Positions 43,602-53,053 of a stretch of DNA of 64,000 nt are shown in pieces. Each line of letters opens with the position of its first letter. Position 1 is the stretch's first letter. The stretch lies in assembly GCF_056746865.1 (NCBI RefSeq), contig NZ_CM163382.1. One strand, written 5' to 3'. The notes beneath the pieces are model-generated. The model was given only the letters and a program-made list of their open reading frames with translations, made no database searches and was not told the origin of the DNA. The translations under genes and the position numbers were made by a program.

Positions 43602-44333
43602 ATGAATCAACCAATACACAATGCTTACTGGTTATCCCGTTTTGAAAGTATTCTCAACAGTGCCCTGGCGCAACACCGTGCCGTCTCGTTAATCCGGGTG
43701 GATTTACGTTTCCCTGAGTATATGCCTGCCACCATCATGGATACCGATTTAGATTCAGCGGTGATTTCTCGTTTTTTTGCATCCCTGAAAGCAAAAATTC
43801 AGGCTTACCAGCGACATAAACGACGTGCCAACAAGCGTGTGCGTGCAACCACTCTGCGTTATTTCTGGTGTCGGGAGTTTGGCAAGGAAAAAGGCAGGAA
43901 ACATTATCACGTGATATTACTGCTCAACAAAGATACCTGGTGCTCGCCAGGGGATTTCACCGTTCCTTCTTCGCTGGCGACACTGATCAAGCTGGCATGG
44001 TGTAGTGCTCTGCATCTTGAGCCCTGGCAGGGTAATGGACTGGTTCATTTTTCCAGGCGGACGCCTTTCCGTAAACCGACATCATCTGATGCTCGCCCTT
44101 CTTCCGATGATACGCCTTTGTCGGGTGGATGTTCTGATACCAGGAAGGCTTCAGACAAAAAGCCGGGTGAAGCCGCTGTTCTCTGGATCAAGCGTGGTGA
44201 TGTGGAAGCGCTGCAGAAAGCCCGGAACAGAGCCAGTTATCTCGTGAAATATGAGACGAAGCAGCATGACGGTTCCGGGCAACGTAATTATGGTTGCAGT
44301 CGTGGGCCGGGGCGTCTGCTGGATGGCAGGTGA
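43602..44333 (+). CDS. Inovirus Gp2-like / YagK-YfjJ family protein with HUH-type and YxxKYxxK motifs
   Basis: 243-aa ORF; contains HYHVILLL (HUH-like) and SYLVKYETK (rolling-circle Rep motif-3-like). Confidence 0.7.
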   Translation: MNQPIHNAYWLSRFESILNSALAQHRAVSLIRVDLRFPEYMPATIMDTDLDSAVISRFFASLKAKIQAYQRHKRRANKRVRATTLRYFWCREFGKEKGRKHYHVILLLNKDTWCSPGDFTVPSSLATLIKLAWCSALHLEPWQGNGLVHFSRRTPFRKPTSSDARPSSDDTPLSGGCSDTRKASDKKPGEAAVLWIKRGDVEALQKARNRASYLVKYETKQHDGSGQRNYGCSRGPGRLLDGR

Positions 44334-44689
44334 GCCCTGTAAAACGACATCCGGTGTCTGAGCTTATGCTACAGGACGTTGGCTGACGCCCTTAGCTCGT
44401 TTTCTGAAAAAGTCGTCCTGAAGTCATGCAACGGTATTTTTCTCTGCTTTCGCTCCTGGAAACACTCCGTCGGTAAAACCTTACTGTCCTGCTTAATGAT
44501 GTGAACCGAAGTCAACGGAGAGCATTCATTCTGAACCTGCATCCGGTGTTCTGTCCCTTGTCGGTTACCTGATCTTCCCGTTCTGCCGCGGTTTTTCACT
44601 TATTCCATCAACCCCATACGCAAGCCATAACACGTCAGCGCATCCACGGGCAGGACGCGTTGTGGGCTGCGTATAACGGAACATATCTT

Positions 44690-45262
44690 ATGAATGCTAT
44701 CCCTTATTTCGACTATAGCATGGCGCCCTTCTGGCCATCTTATCAGAACAAAATCATCGGCGTTCTCAACCGTGTGTTGCGCGAGCAGTCCTGCTCCCGA
44801 ATACGGCGGATCCTGCTTCGTCTGCCGGGGGAACATGGCAACATCTTCAGCGACAGAAAAACCTGGTTCGGTATGGCCTTTATCGAAACCGTCAGTGCGC
44901 TGATGAATGCAACACCCGGACGCGACCTCTGCTGGCTCCTGACACGTCATCCTGAAAAACCGGAATACCACGTGGTGCTGTGCGTCAGACAGGAATATTT
45001 CGACGGCCCTGAGCTGGACCGGTTGATTCTGGATGCCTGGAGCAACGTACTGGGCTTCGCGTCACCGGGTGAAGCAGCACCGTACCAGAAACAGATAACC
45101 CGGGATGTGGTGCTGGACAGTTGTTCACCGGACTGCGAAGAGAGACTCAAAGAGCTGATATGGGCGTTCAGTGATTTCGCCCGCGATCGTCGTGGTGTGC
45201 GCGATCCGGAAGCCCGTTACCTCGCCGGTAATCCCTGGTATCCCGTAGCAGGCCAGCTCTGA
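44690..45262 (+). CDS. Divergent Gp2-like paralog (hypothetical)
   Basis: ORF 44660..45262 (TTG-initiated in track); ATG at 44690 gives MNAIPYFD…; shares N-terminal R-h-x-L-R-x-P-x-E motif with 43602..44333 but lacks clear HUH and Tyr motifs. Confidence 0.5.
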   Translation: MNAIPYFDYSMAPFWPSYQNKIIGVLNRVLREQSCSRIRRILLRLPGEHGNIFSDRKTWFGMAFIETVSALMNATPGRDLCWLLTRHPEKPEYHVVLCVRQEYFDGPELDRLILDAWSNVLGFASPGEAAPYQKQITRDVVLDSCSPDCEERLKELIWAFSDFARDRRGVRDPEARYLAGNPWYPVAGQL

Positions 45263-45330
45263 AAGCTCAGCTCAGCAGATTCACCCGCATTTGCCCAACA
45301 TTCATAAATCTCACAGAGGACATTCTGACC

Positions 45331-45567
45331 ATGTTGACCTCAATGACAGGTCACGACAGCGTATTGCTGCGTGCCGACGATCCCCTGATCGACATGAACT
45401 ACATCACCAGCTTCACTGGTATGACCGACAAATGGTTTTACAAGCTGATCAGTGAAGGCCATTTCCCTAAACCCATCAAACTGGGGCGCAGCAGCCGCTG
45501 GTACAAAAGTGAAGTGGAGCAGTGGATGCAGCAACGAATCGAGGCATCACGAGGGGCAGCAGCATGA
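45331..45567 (+). CDS. alpA: AlpA-family phage regulatory protein (HTH)
   Basis: 78-aa ORF with AlpA-like core (…ITSFTGMTDKWFYKLISEGHFPKPIKLGRSSRWYKSEVEQWMQQR…). Confidence 0.8.
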   Translation: MLTSMTGHDSVLLRADDPLIDMNYITSFTGMTDKWFYKLISEGHFPKPIKLGRSSRWYKSEVEQWMQQRIEASRGAAA

Positions 45568-45767
45568 AACGTGTTGTAATGCCGGTACGCTGGCAATGTG
45601 CAAAATACCAGCGTTGGTATTGTGGAAATCAGCCCTGTCCCTGGTGCTGGCGACCTGCTGCCCCCGTCTGTCATTCCTCGTTCTTCGCTGTAACAGGCAT
45701 CGTACCGGTCTCGGCGTGCTTTCCTGCGTACCGACACCGGTTCAGCAACATTCAAGGGGATCAAATC

Positions 45768-46304
45768 GTGCAAATAACCGAAACCGTACTTTCAGAGCCG
45801 GTGGAAATCCGGCGTTTTATTCAGCAGGCGGTGGATCACTGGCCGCGTCTGCTGGCCGTCCACTTCACACTCCATTCGGCAGAAGGAAACATCAACGGAC
45901 AACAGATTCATGCATTCTGTACTTCCTTTTATGAACGTATTACTGAGCGTAATCACACGACCAGTCCATCATCGCCGGTGGTATTACGCTGGTTGCGGGA
46001 ACAACATGGAGGAGCAACAATGCGATGCCTGTTGCTGCTCAGCCAGACGAGTATTTGTCACCCGCGAGCCAGTGTCACAGTTGATGAACAATGTTCGCAA
46101 GTGGTGGATTTACTGCAGCAGACCTGGCGGGGGATGGATACGGGCGGACAATGTCGGGTGGAAAGGTGTTTTCAGGCTGCCCGGGGTGATACATCCGGCC
46201 AGTATATTGCGTTAAAAACAGTTGCATTGTCTCTGGGGTTACCGGTTGTGACCGGTATTACCCATCGCCCGGTACAGCGCTGTACATTGATTACAGCTCA
46301 GTGA
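45768..46304 (+). CDS. Hypothetical protein, possible third Gp2-like paralog
   Basis: In-frame part of ORF 45522..46304; GTG at 45768 preceded by AAGGGGA RBS; alternative ATG start at 45564 overlaps alpA stop (ATGA). Confidence 0.45.
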   Translation: MQITETVLSEPVEIRRFIQQAVDHWPRLLAVHFTLHSAEGNINGQQIHAFCTSFYERITERNHTTSPSSPVVLRWLREQHGGATMRCLLLLSQTSICHPRASVTVDEQCSQVVDLLQQTWRGMDTGGQCRVERCFQAARGDTSGQYIALKTVALSLGLPVVTGITHRPVQRCTLITAQ

Positions 46305-46321
46305 ACAGCGCTGTTGTGCAG

Positions 46322-46833
46322 TCAACGAGGTTTTCTGTCTTTTCGTCGGTCATTCAGCATCATTAAACGGGTCTCTGCCTCTTTCTGTTCCTGTGGTGTC
46401 ACTTCCCCGCACGGCTGACCGTTCAGGTTGTAACGGGCGCCACCTGCTATTAACGCACGGTAATAGCGCGGAGACTGCACATAAGACGCCACTGCTGCAT
46501 GTAATGTACCAGCGCCAAACGCCAGTTCTCGGATGGCGATATCCTGTATCAGGTCGTCAGGTATCCCCACTTTAAGTGGTTTTGTTTTTTTCCCGGTTGA
46601 ATGACTCAGGCCAGAGTTCCACAAGACGAATAATGCGCTTACGGTTTTTGCTCTGGCGTTTTGTCATGTCGCCACGGTGTTTTATCAGCAGGTTTCTGTT
46701 TATCGTTCAACTGTGGTATCTGGTCACCGGCCTTCATTTTGTATGCTGTGTCCGTTTTATCCTGCAGCGGCGTTGCCGGTGATTTACTGAAAATACCCTG
46801 CGGTTTACGGTTAATGGTCAGAGTTACCATCAA
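46322..46833 (-). pseudogene. Two consecutive ORFs (64 aa and 100 aa) in different frames, possibly one disrupted gene
   Basis: ORFs 46639..46833 and 46322..46624 on the same strand separated by 14 bp with a frame change; no family recognised. Confidence 0.3.
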
Positions 46834-47188
46834 TTTTGTTACCTCGCGCTGTCAATGGAAGTAGTACCTCATCCGATATCTGAAAATGTTTTCCGGTGGA
46901 TGTTACAGCGAATTTCATGTAAGACATGTTGTTGTCGGTATTGTTCAGTACTGTGCGTTGTGAGCGTATTCGTTATCAGACAGAGGGGCAGGGAACAAAT
47001 GGCGTAAACGGACATCTCAGTGCCTGAGAAACAGTACAGGTCAGGCCATCATGGCCTGCAAACAGAGCCCTGGCGACCCCGTGGCCGAAAACGAAACAAT
47101 AACCCGCGCGCAGTGCGAGGAATCCGGATGTGAAGCAATCAGCAGGTAATATTAATGGCAGGACCAGCAGGTTCTTTAAACAAACGAA

Positions 47189-47951
47189 GGTGGTGACTCC
47201 AATTAGTAGAACATATATTTTTCGATAAAGGCACCGATGACTTTTTCATGAAGTTCTACAGAGCGCGAGAAACAGATAGTTCTGCGGGCCAGACGTTTGA
47301 TTCGGGTTCTCAGAGGTAGATGTTGCGCTCAATGCGCTGAGTAAAAATCTTACCAGTCAGATGCTTCTCCTTCGGTAACTCTCTGGTGTAACTACCCCAT
47401 TCGTCAGTGGTCAACATACCGATGGTAAAAGGGCAAGCAGCGCCAGCAATTCACGACAGGTTTAATCAGTCCGTAGGCCAAAAGTGTAGGCCAGAACGCC
47501 ACCAGTTTTCGTGTTGTACGTGTACCAGAGCCAGTGCTGTCGCGCTTTACTGCCGACAAAACTCCATTGCTCATCAAGTTCGCAGATGAGTGCCATATCA
47601 GCATGAGCGACCGGGTATGACGTTATTCTTCGTGGCGAGAGTTTTTTAAAGTCCGGATGACAGTATTAATGCCGATTTTCAGCGTACGGGCAGTATCGCG
47701 AACTCCGGCACCGTTGAAAGCCATTTCAGTGATTTGCTCTTTAACTCCCGGTTTACGGGCCTCGTAACGGTAAGTGAGCTGAAGCACTCGATGACAGTCA
47801 CGGCAGCGAAATCGATCATGTCCTTTGGGTTCTTCCCGTGACGGTAAACCTGAACGGACTGGCAACAGGAGCAATGAAGGTTAACTGTGACCATGAAAGA
47901 ACCTTAAAAGTGGCTATTATACTCCTAATTCAACTAATTGGAGTCATTACC
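47189..47951 (-). mobile_element. IS1-family insertion sequence (divergent isoform), insB apparently degenerate
   Basis: Terminal inverted repeats ggtggtgactccaatt (47189-47204) and ggtaatgactccaatt (rc of 47936-47951); length 763 bp; insA intact; conserved TTAAAAAAC frameshift motif at insA end; InsB-like translation needs at least two further frame changes. Confidence 0.75.
47623..47874 (-). CDS. insA: IS1-family InsA (zinc-finger/HTH transposition regulator)
   Basis: 83-aa ORF with CxxC…CxxC zinc finger and C-terminal HTH resembling IS1 InsA (…GINTVIRTLKNS…). Confidence 0.8.
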   Translation of the reverse strand: MLLLPVRSGLPSREEPKGHDRFRCRDCHRVLQLTYRYEARKPGVKEQITEMAFNGAGVRDTARTLKIGINTVIRTLKNSRHEE

Positions 47952-49329
47952 GTATTCATAATGGATTAGGTTCAGCAGTTGCTGAAGTGCTTGTAGAAAC
48001 TTGTCCTGTGCCCATGCGTCGGGTGGGGGTTAAAGAGCGGTATGGCCAGGTTGAAACTCAGGACTTTTTACAGAGAGAGTACGGGTTAACCGCGCAAGCT
48101 ATTGTGGCGGCAGCCAGAGAGCTATTGTAATTCATGGAGTTTGTTTACCATTCTGTTTTTCTTAAAAGTGAGTGTCTGTGCGGTCACTAAACTCGGTAAT
48201 AAAGCAGTTCATTGCAGGATAAGAAGCGTTTGGTTGTGTCGTTTTACCGTAAGAACCGACCGCCGTATGTATCCATTAAGCCAGTATTGGTAACGTAGGT
48301 GCCCACCTTTTCAAACTGGTGGGCGCCTGTTATGGAGCAAAAACATTATCCGCAGAACCCCGCAGATCATTTTCAAATGAGTTAAACTTCAAATGGTTAA
48401 ACTGGCTTTGCAACCAGGAGCCTCTGTTGCCCGTATTGCCCGGGAACACGATATCAATGATAACCTCCTGTTCAAATGGCTCAGACTCTGGCAGAACGTA
48501 AGGTAAAGGGAGATGAAAAAGGCAATAGCAGAACTGAGTGACAGTGAAACCATTCTGGCGTACAGGGTTGGATGGTGAAACTGATAAAAAAACCCTCTGA
48601 AAATTCTGTCAGAGGGTGTAGTCAAAAATGGTAGATATTTACGATGCAGTAATGCTTTCACTCCGGTAATTAATTTCCGTGATTAACTGCTTTCGATCAA
48701 TAAAGGAATTGCAAAAGTGTGATCTTGTTCACGACATCGTGGATGATAATATGCCTGATGTCTGAATCCGGAAACAGTGCTCTGGCGGGTTTCATGTGAA
48801 GTTGACGGATAAAAAATCCGCACGACCAGACAGACGTGCGGTTTACGAAATTCGTAACAAGAGGCTTTTCTACGGATCACGTGGTGCGTGCCACGTGAAA
48901 TTTTTGTAGCGCAAAATGTGCAATGTGTAAATACAAGGAAGGAAAAAAGTTAAATTGGTAGAAGTCCATGCCTGCCACATGTACGTCTGCATTCCTCGTT
49001 TTGAACAGAATTCTCACCAGACATCGTGAATTTCTCATTCAATCATCAGAGATATTAACCAGGATTTTTATTGTTTTGTGATATCAGCAGTGCAGGTATA
49101 CAGACGTTAAAGTAATCAGGTTTATTATAACCACCTTTACAAAGTTGTATATGTTTATAATTTAATGATTTTAATGCCAGTCGTTTTCTGCTGCTTAAAT
49201 TGAGGTCGCATATTATACACAATAATATTCTTAGCATTATTAAATTAATAAGAGAGGATTCTTATCACTGTATTTTTGCTCCGCACTACCGTTCTGGCTG
49301 GTGAAGTAATAATACAGGAGAATAACAGA

Positions 49330-50871
49330 ATGCTTAAAAGACGTGATGCTTTTTTAAAGAAAAGCGCGCTGGCAGTGAGTGTGGCCCTGCTGCTCTCGGC
49401 TCAGGCTCAGGCTGTTTTGACAGGGCCTGTTGATGGTAATTCTTCCAGCTTACTGATTGGAGAAAACTCTTTTATTACGAATTTAACTGGTACAGTTAAT
49501 AACACTTTCCTTTTGGGAGGTGGCGCTTTTAACCTGGATTCACCAGGAAGTCTTCAGTTTGGCTCTTTTTCGGAAGTGTATAATTCTCCACACAGTGTCA
49601 CCCTGGGAAGGGATGCCGGTCAGGCTGAGTCAAAATATGGTGTTGCCATAGGTAAGAGCGCTGAGGTATTTAATTCACAGCATAGTGTTGCTATTGGGGG
49701 ATGGGCTGGAATAGAAAATTCTTCAGGCTCTGTAGCTCTGGGCCATGGCTCACAGGTGTCGGGAGAAAATAACGTGGTATCTGTTGGTGCCGGGCCTGAG
49801 GGATATGGAAAGAGTGTCAAAGGAGCACCGGAAACCCGCCGGATTATAAATGTGTCTGATGGTATCAATAACACAGATGCAGCGACGGTAGGGCAACTGA
49901 ATGAACGATTTGATGATGCACAGGTCTTTTTGTTGCAGACGAATGAAAGAATTGACGAGACAGATAAACGTCTTTCAACAGTTCATGCTGAACTCAGCAG
50001 GGATATTATTGCAGGCACATCGGCAGCGGTGACGTATACAGATGTAACAGCGCTTGCACTTCAGGATGAGATAAAGGATGGGACGAACAAAGTACGTGAT
50101 GAGTTGAAATCACAGGGAGACAGTCTGCGTGGTGAGATAGGCGGTGTATACAGAGATGCCCGTGCTCATACTGACAGTCAGGTCACAGCAGTACGTGATG
50201 AACTGAAGGCAGAGGGAGACAGTCTGCGCGGTGAGATAGGCGGTGTATACAGAGATGCCCGTGCTCATACTGACAGTCAGGTCACAGCAGTACGTGATGA
50301 ACTCAGCAGGGATATTATTGCAGGCACATCGGCAGCGGTGGCGTATACGGATGCATCTTCTCTTGCTCTTCAGGATGAAATAAAAGAAAAAGCGGATGAA
50401 ACAGTTCAGGTTTCCCGGGCTTATACAGATAAAAGTGTACGGGATGCCCGTAAAGAAGCGAAAAGCCAGGCAGAACATCTCAGCGATGTGCTTGTGAAGA
50501 ACAGGGCGCAGACGGATGCAGCAATAGCCTCAAATACAGCAGCGATAAGGAATAACAGTCATCGTCTGGATTTGACGGAAGCCTGGCAGAAGATGGCGAC
50601 AGAGAGAATGAATAATATGCAGGAGCAGATTAAAGAGAACCGGAAGGAGTTAAGGGAGAGTGCAGCCCAGAGCGCGGCACTGGCCGGTCTTTTCCAGCCA
50701 TACAGTGTTGGAAAATTTAACGCGACAGCAGCCGTTGGTGGTTACCGTGATGAGCAGGCCATTGCGGTGGGCGTGGGCTACCGTTTCACAGAGAATGTGG
50801 CAGGAAAAGTTGCAGTTGCTGCAGGTGGGTCATCCGCATCGTGGAATGCTGGTGTGAATTTTGAGTTCTGA
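49330..50871 (+). CDS. Trimeric autotransporter adhesin (YadA-like C-terminal anchor) with repeat-containing coiled-coil stalk
   Basis: ORF 49276..50871 trimmed to [28 protein letters not shown] (signal peptide); YadA-type head repeats (SVAIG/ VSVGAG), coiled-coil stalk, C-terminal beta-barrel anchor ending …AGVNFEF. Confidence 0.8.
   Translation: MLKRRDAFLKKSALAVSVALLLSAQAQAVLTGPVDGNSSSLLIGENSFITNLTGTVNNTFLLGGGAFNLDSPGSLQFGSFSEVYNSPHSVTLGRDAGQAESKYGVAIGKSAEVFNSQHSVAIGGWAGIENSSGSVALGHGSQVSGENNVVSVGAGPEGYGKSVKGAPETRRIINVSDGINNTDAATVGQLNERFDDAQVFLLQTNERIDETDKRLSTVHAELSRDIIAGTSAAVTYTDVTALALQDEIKDGTNKVRDELKSQGDSLRGEIGGVYRDARAHTDSQVTAVRDELKAEGDSLRGEIGGVYRDARAHTDSQVTAVRDELSRDIIAGTSAAVAYTDASSLALQDEIKEKADETVQVSRAYTDKSVRDARKEAKSQAEHLSDVLVKNRAQTDAAIASNTAAIRNNSHRLDLTEAWQKMATERMNNMQEQIKENRKELRESAAQSAALAGLFQPYSVGKFNATAAVGGYRDEQAIAVGVGYRFTENVAGKVAVAAGGSSASWNAGVNFEF
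50115..50312 (+). repeat. Tandem 99-bp (33-aa) direct duplication inside the adhesin stalk
   Basis: Units beginning gggagacagtctgcg at 50115 and 50214, encoding [30 protein letters not shown] twice; flanked by a second, more distant repeat pair ([12 protein letters not shown]…LALQDEIK). Confidence 0.8.
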
Positions 50872-50909
50872 CAGGTCAGGATTTAGATATCTGTCCCGGG
50901 GGGAGTCCC

Positions 50910-52248
50910 CATAAGCGCTAACTTAAGGGTTGTGGTATTACGCCTGATATGATTTAACGTGCCGATGAATTACTCTCACGATAACTGGTCAGCAATTCTG
51001 GCCCATATTGGTAAGCCCGAAGAACTGGATACTTCGGCACGTAATGCCGGGGCTCTAACCCGCCGCCGCGAAATTCGTGATGCTGCAACTCTGCTACGTC
51101 TGGGGCTGGCTTACGGCCCCGGGGGGATGTCATTACGTGAAGTCACTGCATGGGCTCAGCTCCATGACGTTGCAACATTATCTGACGTGGCTCTCCTGAA
51201 GCGGCTGCGGAATGCCGCCGACTGGTTTGGCATACTTGCCGCACAAACACTTGCTGTACGCGCCGCAGTTACGGGTTGTACAAGCGGAAAGAGATTGCGT
51301 CTTGTCGATGGAACAGCAATCAGTGCGCCCGGGGGCGGCAGCGCTGAATGGCGACTACATATGGGATATGATCCTCATACCTGTCAGTTCACTGATTTTG
51401 AGCTAACCGACAGCAGAGACGCTGAACGGCTGGACCGATTTGCGCAAACGGCAGACGAGATACGCATTGCTGACCGGGGATTCGGTTCGCGTCCCGAATG
51501 TATCCGCTCACTTGCTTTTGGAGAAGCTGATTATATCGTCCGGGTTCACTGGCGAGGATTGCGCTGGTTAACTGCAGAAGGAATGCGCTTTGACATGATG
51601 GGTTTTCTGCGCGGGCTGGATTGCGGTAAGAACGGTGAAACCACTGTAATGATAGGCAATTCAGGTAATAAAAAAGCCGGAGCTCCTTTTCCGGCACGTC
51701 TCATTGCCGTATCACTTCCTCCCGAAAAAGCATTAATCAGTAAAACCCGACTGCTCAGCGAGAATCGTCGAAAAGGACGAGTAGTTCAGGCGGAAACGCT
51801 GGAAGCAGCGGGCCATGTGCTATTGCTAACATCATTACCGGAAGATGAATATTCAGCAGAGCAAGTGGCTGATTGTTACCGTCTGCGATGGCAAATTGAA
51901 CTGGCTTTTAAGCGGCTCAAAAGTTTGCTGCACCTGGATGCTTTGCGTGCAAAGGAACCTGAACTCGCGAAAGCGTGGATATTTGCTAATCTACTCGCCG
52001 CATTTTTAATTGACGACATAATCCAGCCATCGCTGGATTTCCCCCCCAGAAGTGCCGGATCCGAAAAGAAGAACTAACTCGTTGTGGAGAATAACAAAAA
52101 TGGTCATCTGGAGCTTACAGGTGGCCATTCGTGGGACAGTATCCCTGACAGCCTACAAAACGCAATTGAAGAACGCGAGGCATCGTCTTAACGAGGCACC
52201 GAGGCGTCGCATTCTTCAGATGGTTCAACCCTTAAGTTAGCGCTTATG
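50910..52248 (+). mobile_element. IS186 (IS4 family), apparently intact, with ~10-bp target site duplication
   Basis: Termini CATAAGCGCTAACTTAAGGG (50910-) and inverted copy ending 52248; flanking direct repeat ggggagtccc at 50900-50909 and 52249-52258 within a GC-rich palindrome. Confidence 0.9.
50959..52077 (+). CDS. IS186 transposase
   Basis: 372-aa ORF MPMNYSHDNWSAILAHIGKPEELDTSARNAG… matching recalled IS186 transposase. Confidence 0.9.
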   Translation: MPMNYSHDNWSAILAHIGKPEELDTSARNAGALTRRREIRDAATLLRLGLAYGPGGMSLREVTAWAQLHDVATLSDVALLKRLRNAADWFGILAAQTLAVRAAVTGCTSGKRLRLVDGTAISAPGGGSAEWRLHMGYDPHTCQFTDFELTDSRDAERLDRFAQTADEIRIADRGFGSRPECIRSLAFGEADYIVRVHWRGLRWLTAEGMRFDMMGFLRGLDCGKNGETTVMIGNSGNKKAGAPFPARLIAVSLPPEKALISKTRLLSENRRKGRVVQAETLEAAGHVLLLTSLPEDEYSAEQVADCYRLRWQIELAFKRLKSLLHLDALRAKEPELAKAWIFANLLAAFLIDDIIQPSLDFPPRSAGSEKKN

Positions 52249-52281
52249 GGGGAGTCCCCCGGGATATAATGAGGTACAGAG

Positions 52282-52737
52282 ATGCTGGATATAATCCTGG
52301 CGACGAGAGATATTTATTTTGAAAAAGCCCTGCGAGAGGTATTTGGAACCGTAAGCAGTCGAATCAGATATATAGAAGATGCCATATCAGACAGAAGAAG
52401 GGTGCAGTCAGGCAGGTCATTCAGATATTATTTTGTATTCTGTGATGATGAGTATACAGATATTGTTCGTATTCTTTTTACCGGAGAGGCCTGCTGTATT
52501 CTGAATAAGTCGATGCTGAATCTGAGAGCGGCCGGAGGTGTGTTGACGCTGGAAGAGCGCAGAGCGGTACTGAACCGGTATTACAGAGGTTTAAGTATTG
52601 CGGAGATTACAGAAGAGACGGGGCAGAATGACAAGACGGTATACGGTCATCTTCGTCGTGCACTGCAGCGGTCTGGATTCCGGAAGGGGCGTTTTATAAA
52701 GGGGAGAGAAGCGGCGGGGGATTCAGGTGTTGAATAA
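52282..52737 (+). CDS. Putative transcriptional regulator with C-terminal LuxR/sigma-70 region-4-like HTH
   Basis: 151-aa ORF; C-terminal LTLEERRAVLNRYYRGLSIAEITEETGQNDKTVYGHLRRALQR; GAGG-like RBS (gaggtacagagATG). Confidence 0.6.
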   Translation: MLDIILATRDIYFEKALREVFGTVSSRIRYIEDAISDRRRVQSGRSFRYYFVFCDDEYTDIVRILFTGEACCILNKSMLNLRAAGGVLTLEERRAVLNRYYRGLSIAEITEETGQNDKTVYGHLRRALQRSGFRKGRFIKGREAAGDSGVE

Positions 52738-53053
52738 TGTATCTTATATTGTGATATCGGTGCTGCTGCTGTTATTTTTTGTTGTATTTGTGACGAATGG
52801 TTAAGAATAAAACATGAGTTGGTGATTATCAGGACAGGTTGCTTGTATATGAAGATAACAAAGGCGGCATTTATTTTTGCGCTGTCAGTGTGGAGTGTTG
52901 CTGTGATATGTCTTTTATTATTTGTACTGGTTGTTCTGGGATAGCCATAGTGAAATAAAAAGCTGTCTGAATTAAATTATTTTGAACACATATTTTAATT
53001 CTGCACTAAATTCAGAATGACCCTGTAAATAATTCTGTGTAACTGCCGCCGTA

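Noticed and set aside
50095-50400. Tandem repeats considered as a possible CRISPR or minisatellite array
   Set aside because: Repeats are in-frame within the adhesin coding sequence and encode coiled-coil stalk units; no spacer-repeat architecture anywhere in the window.
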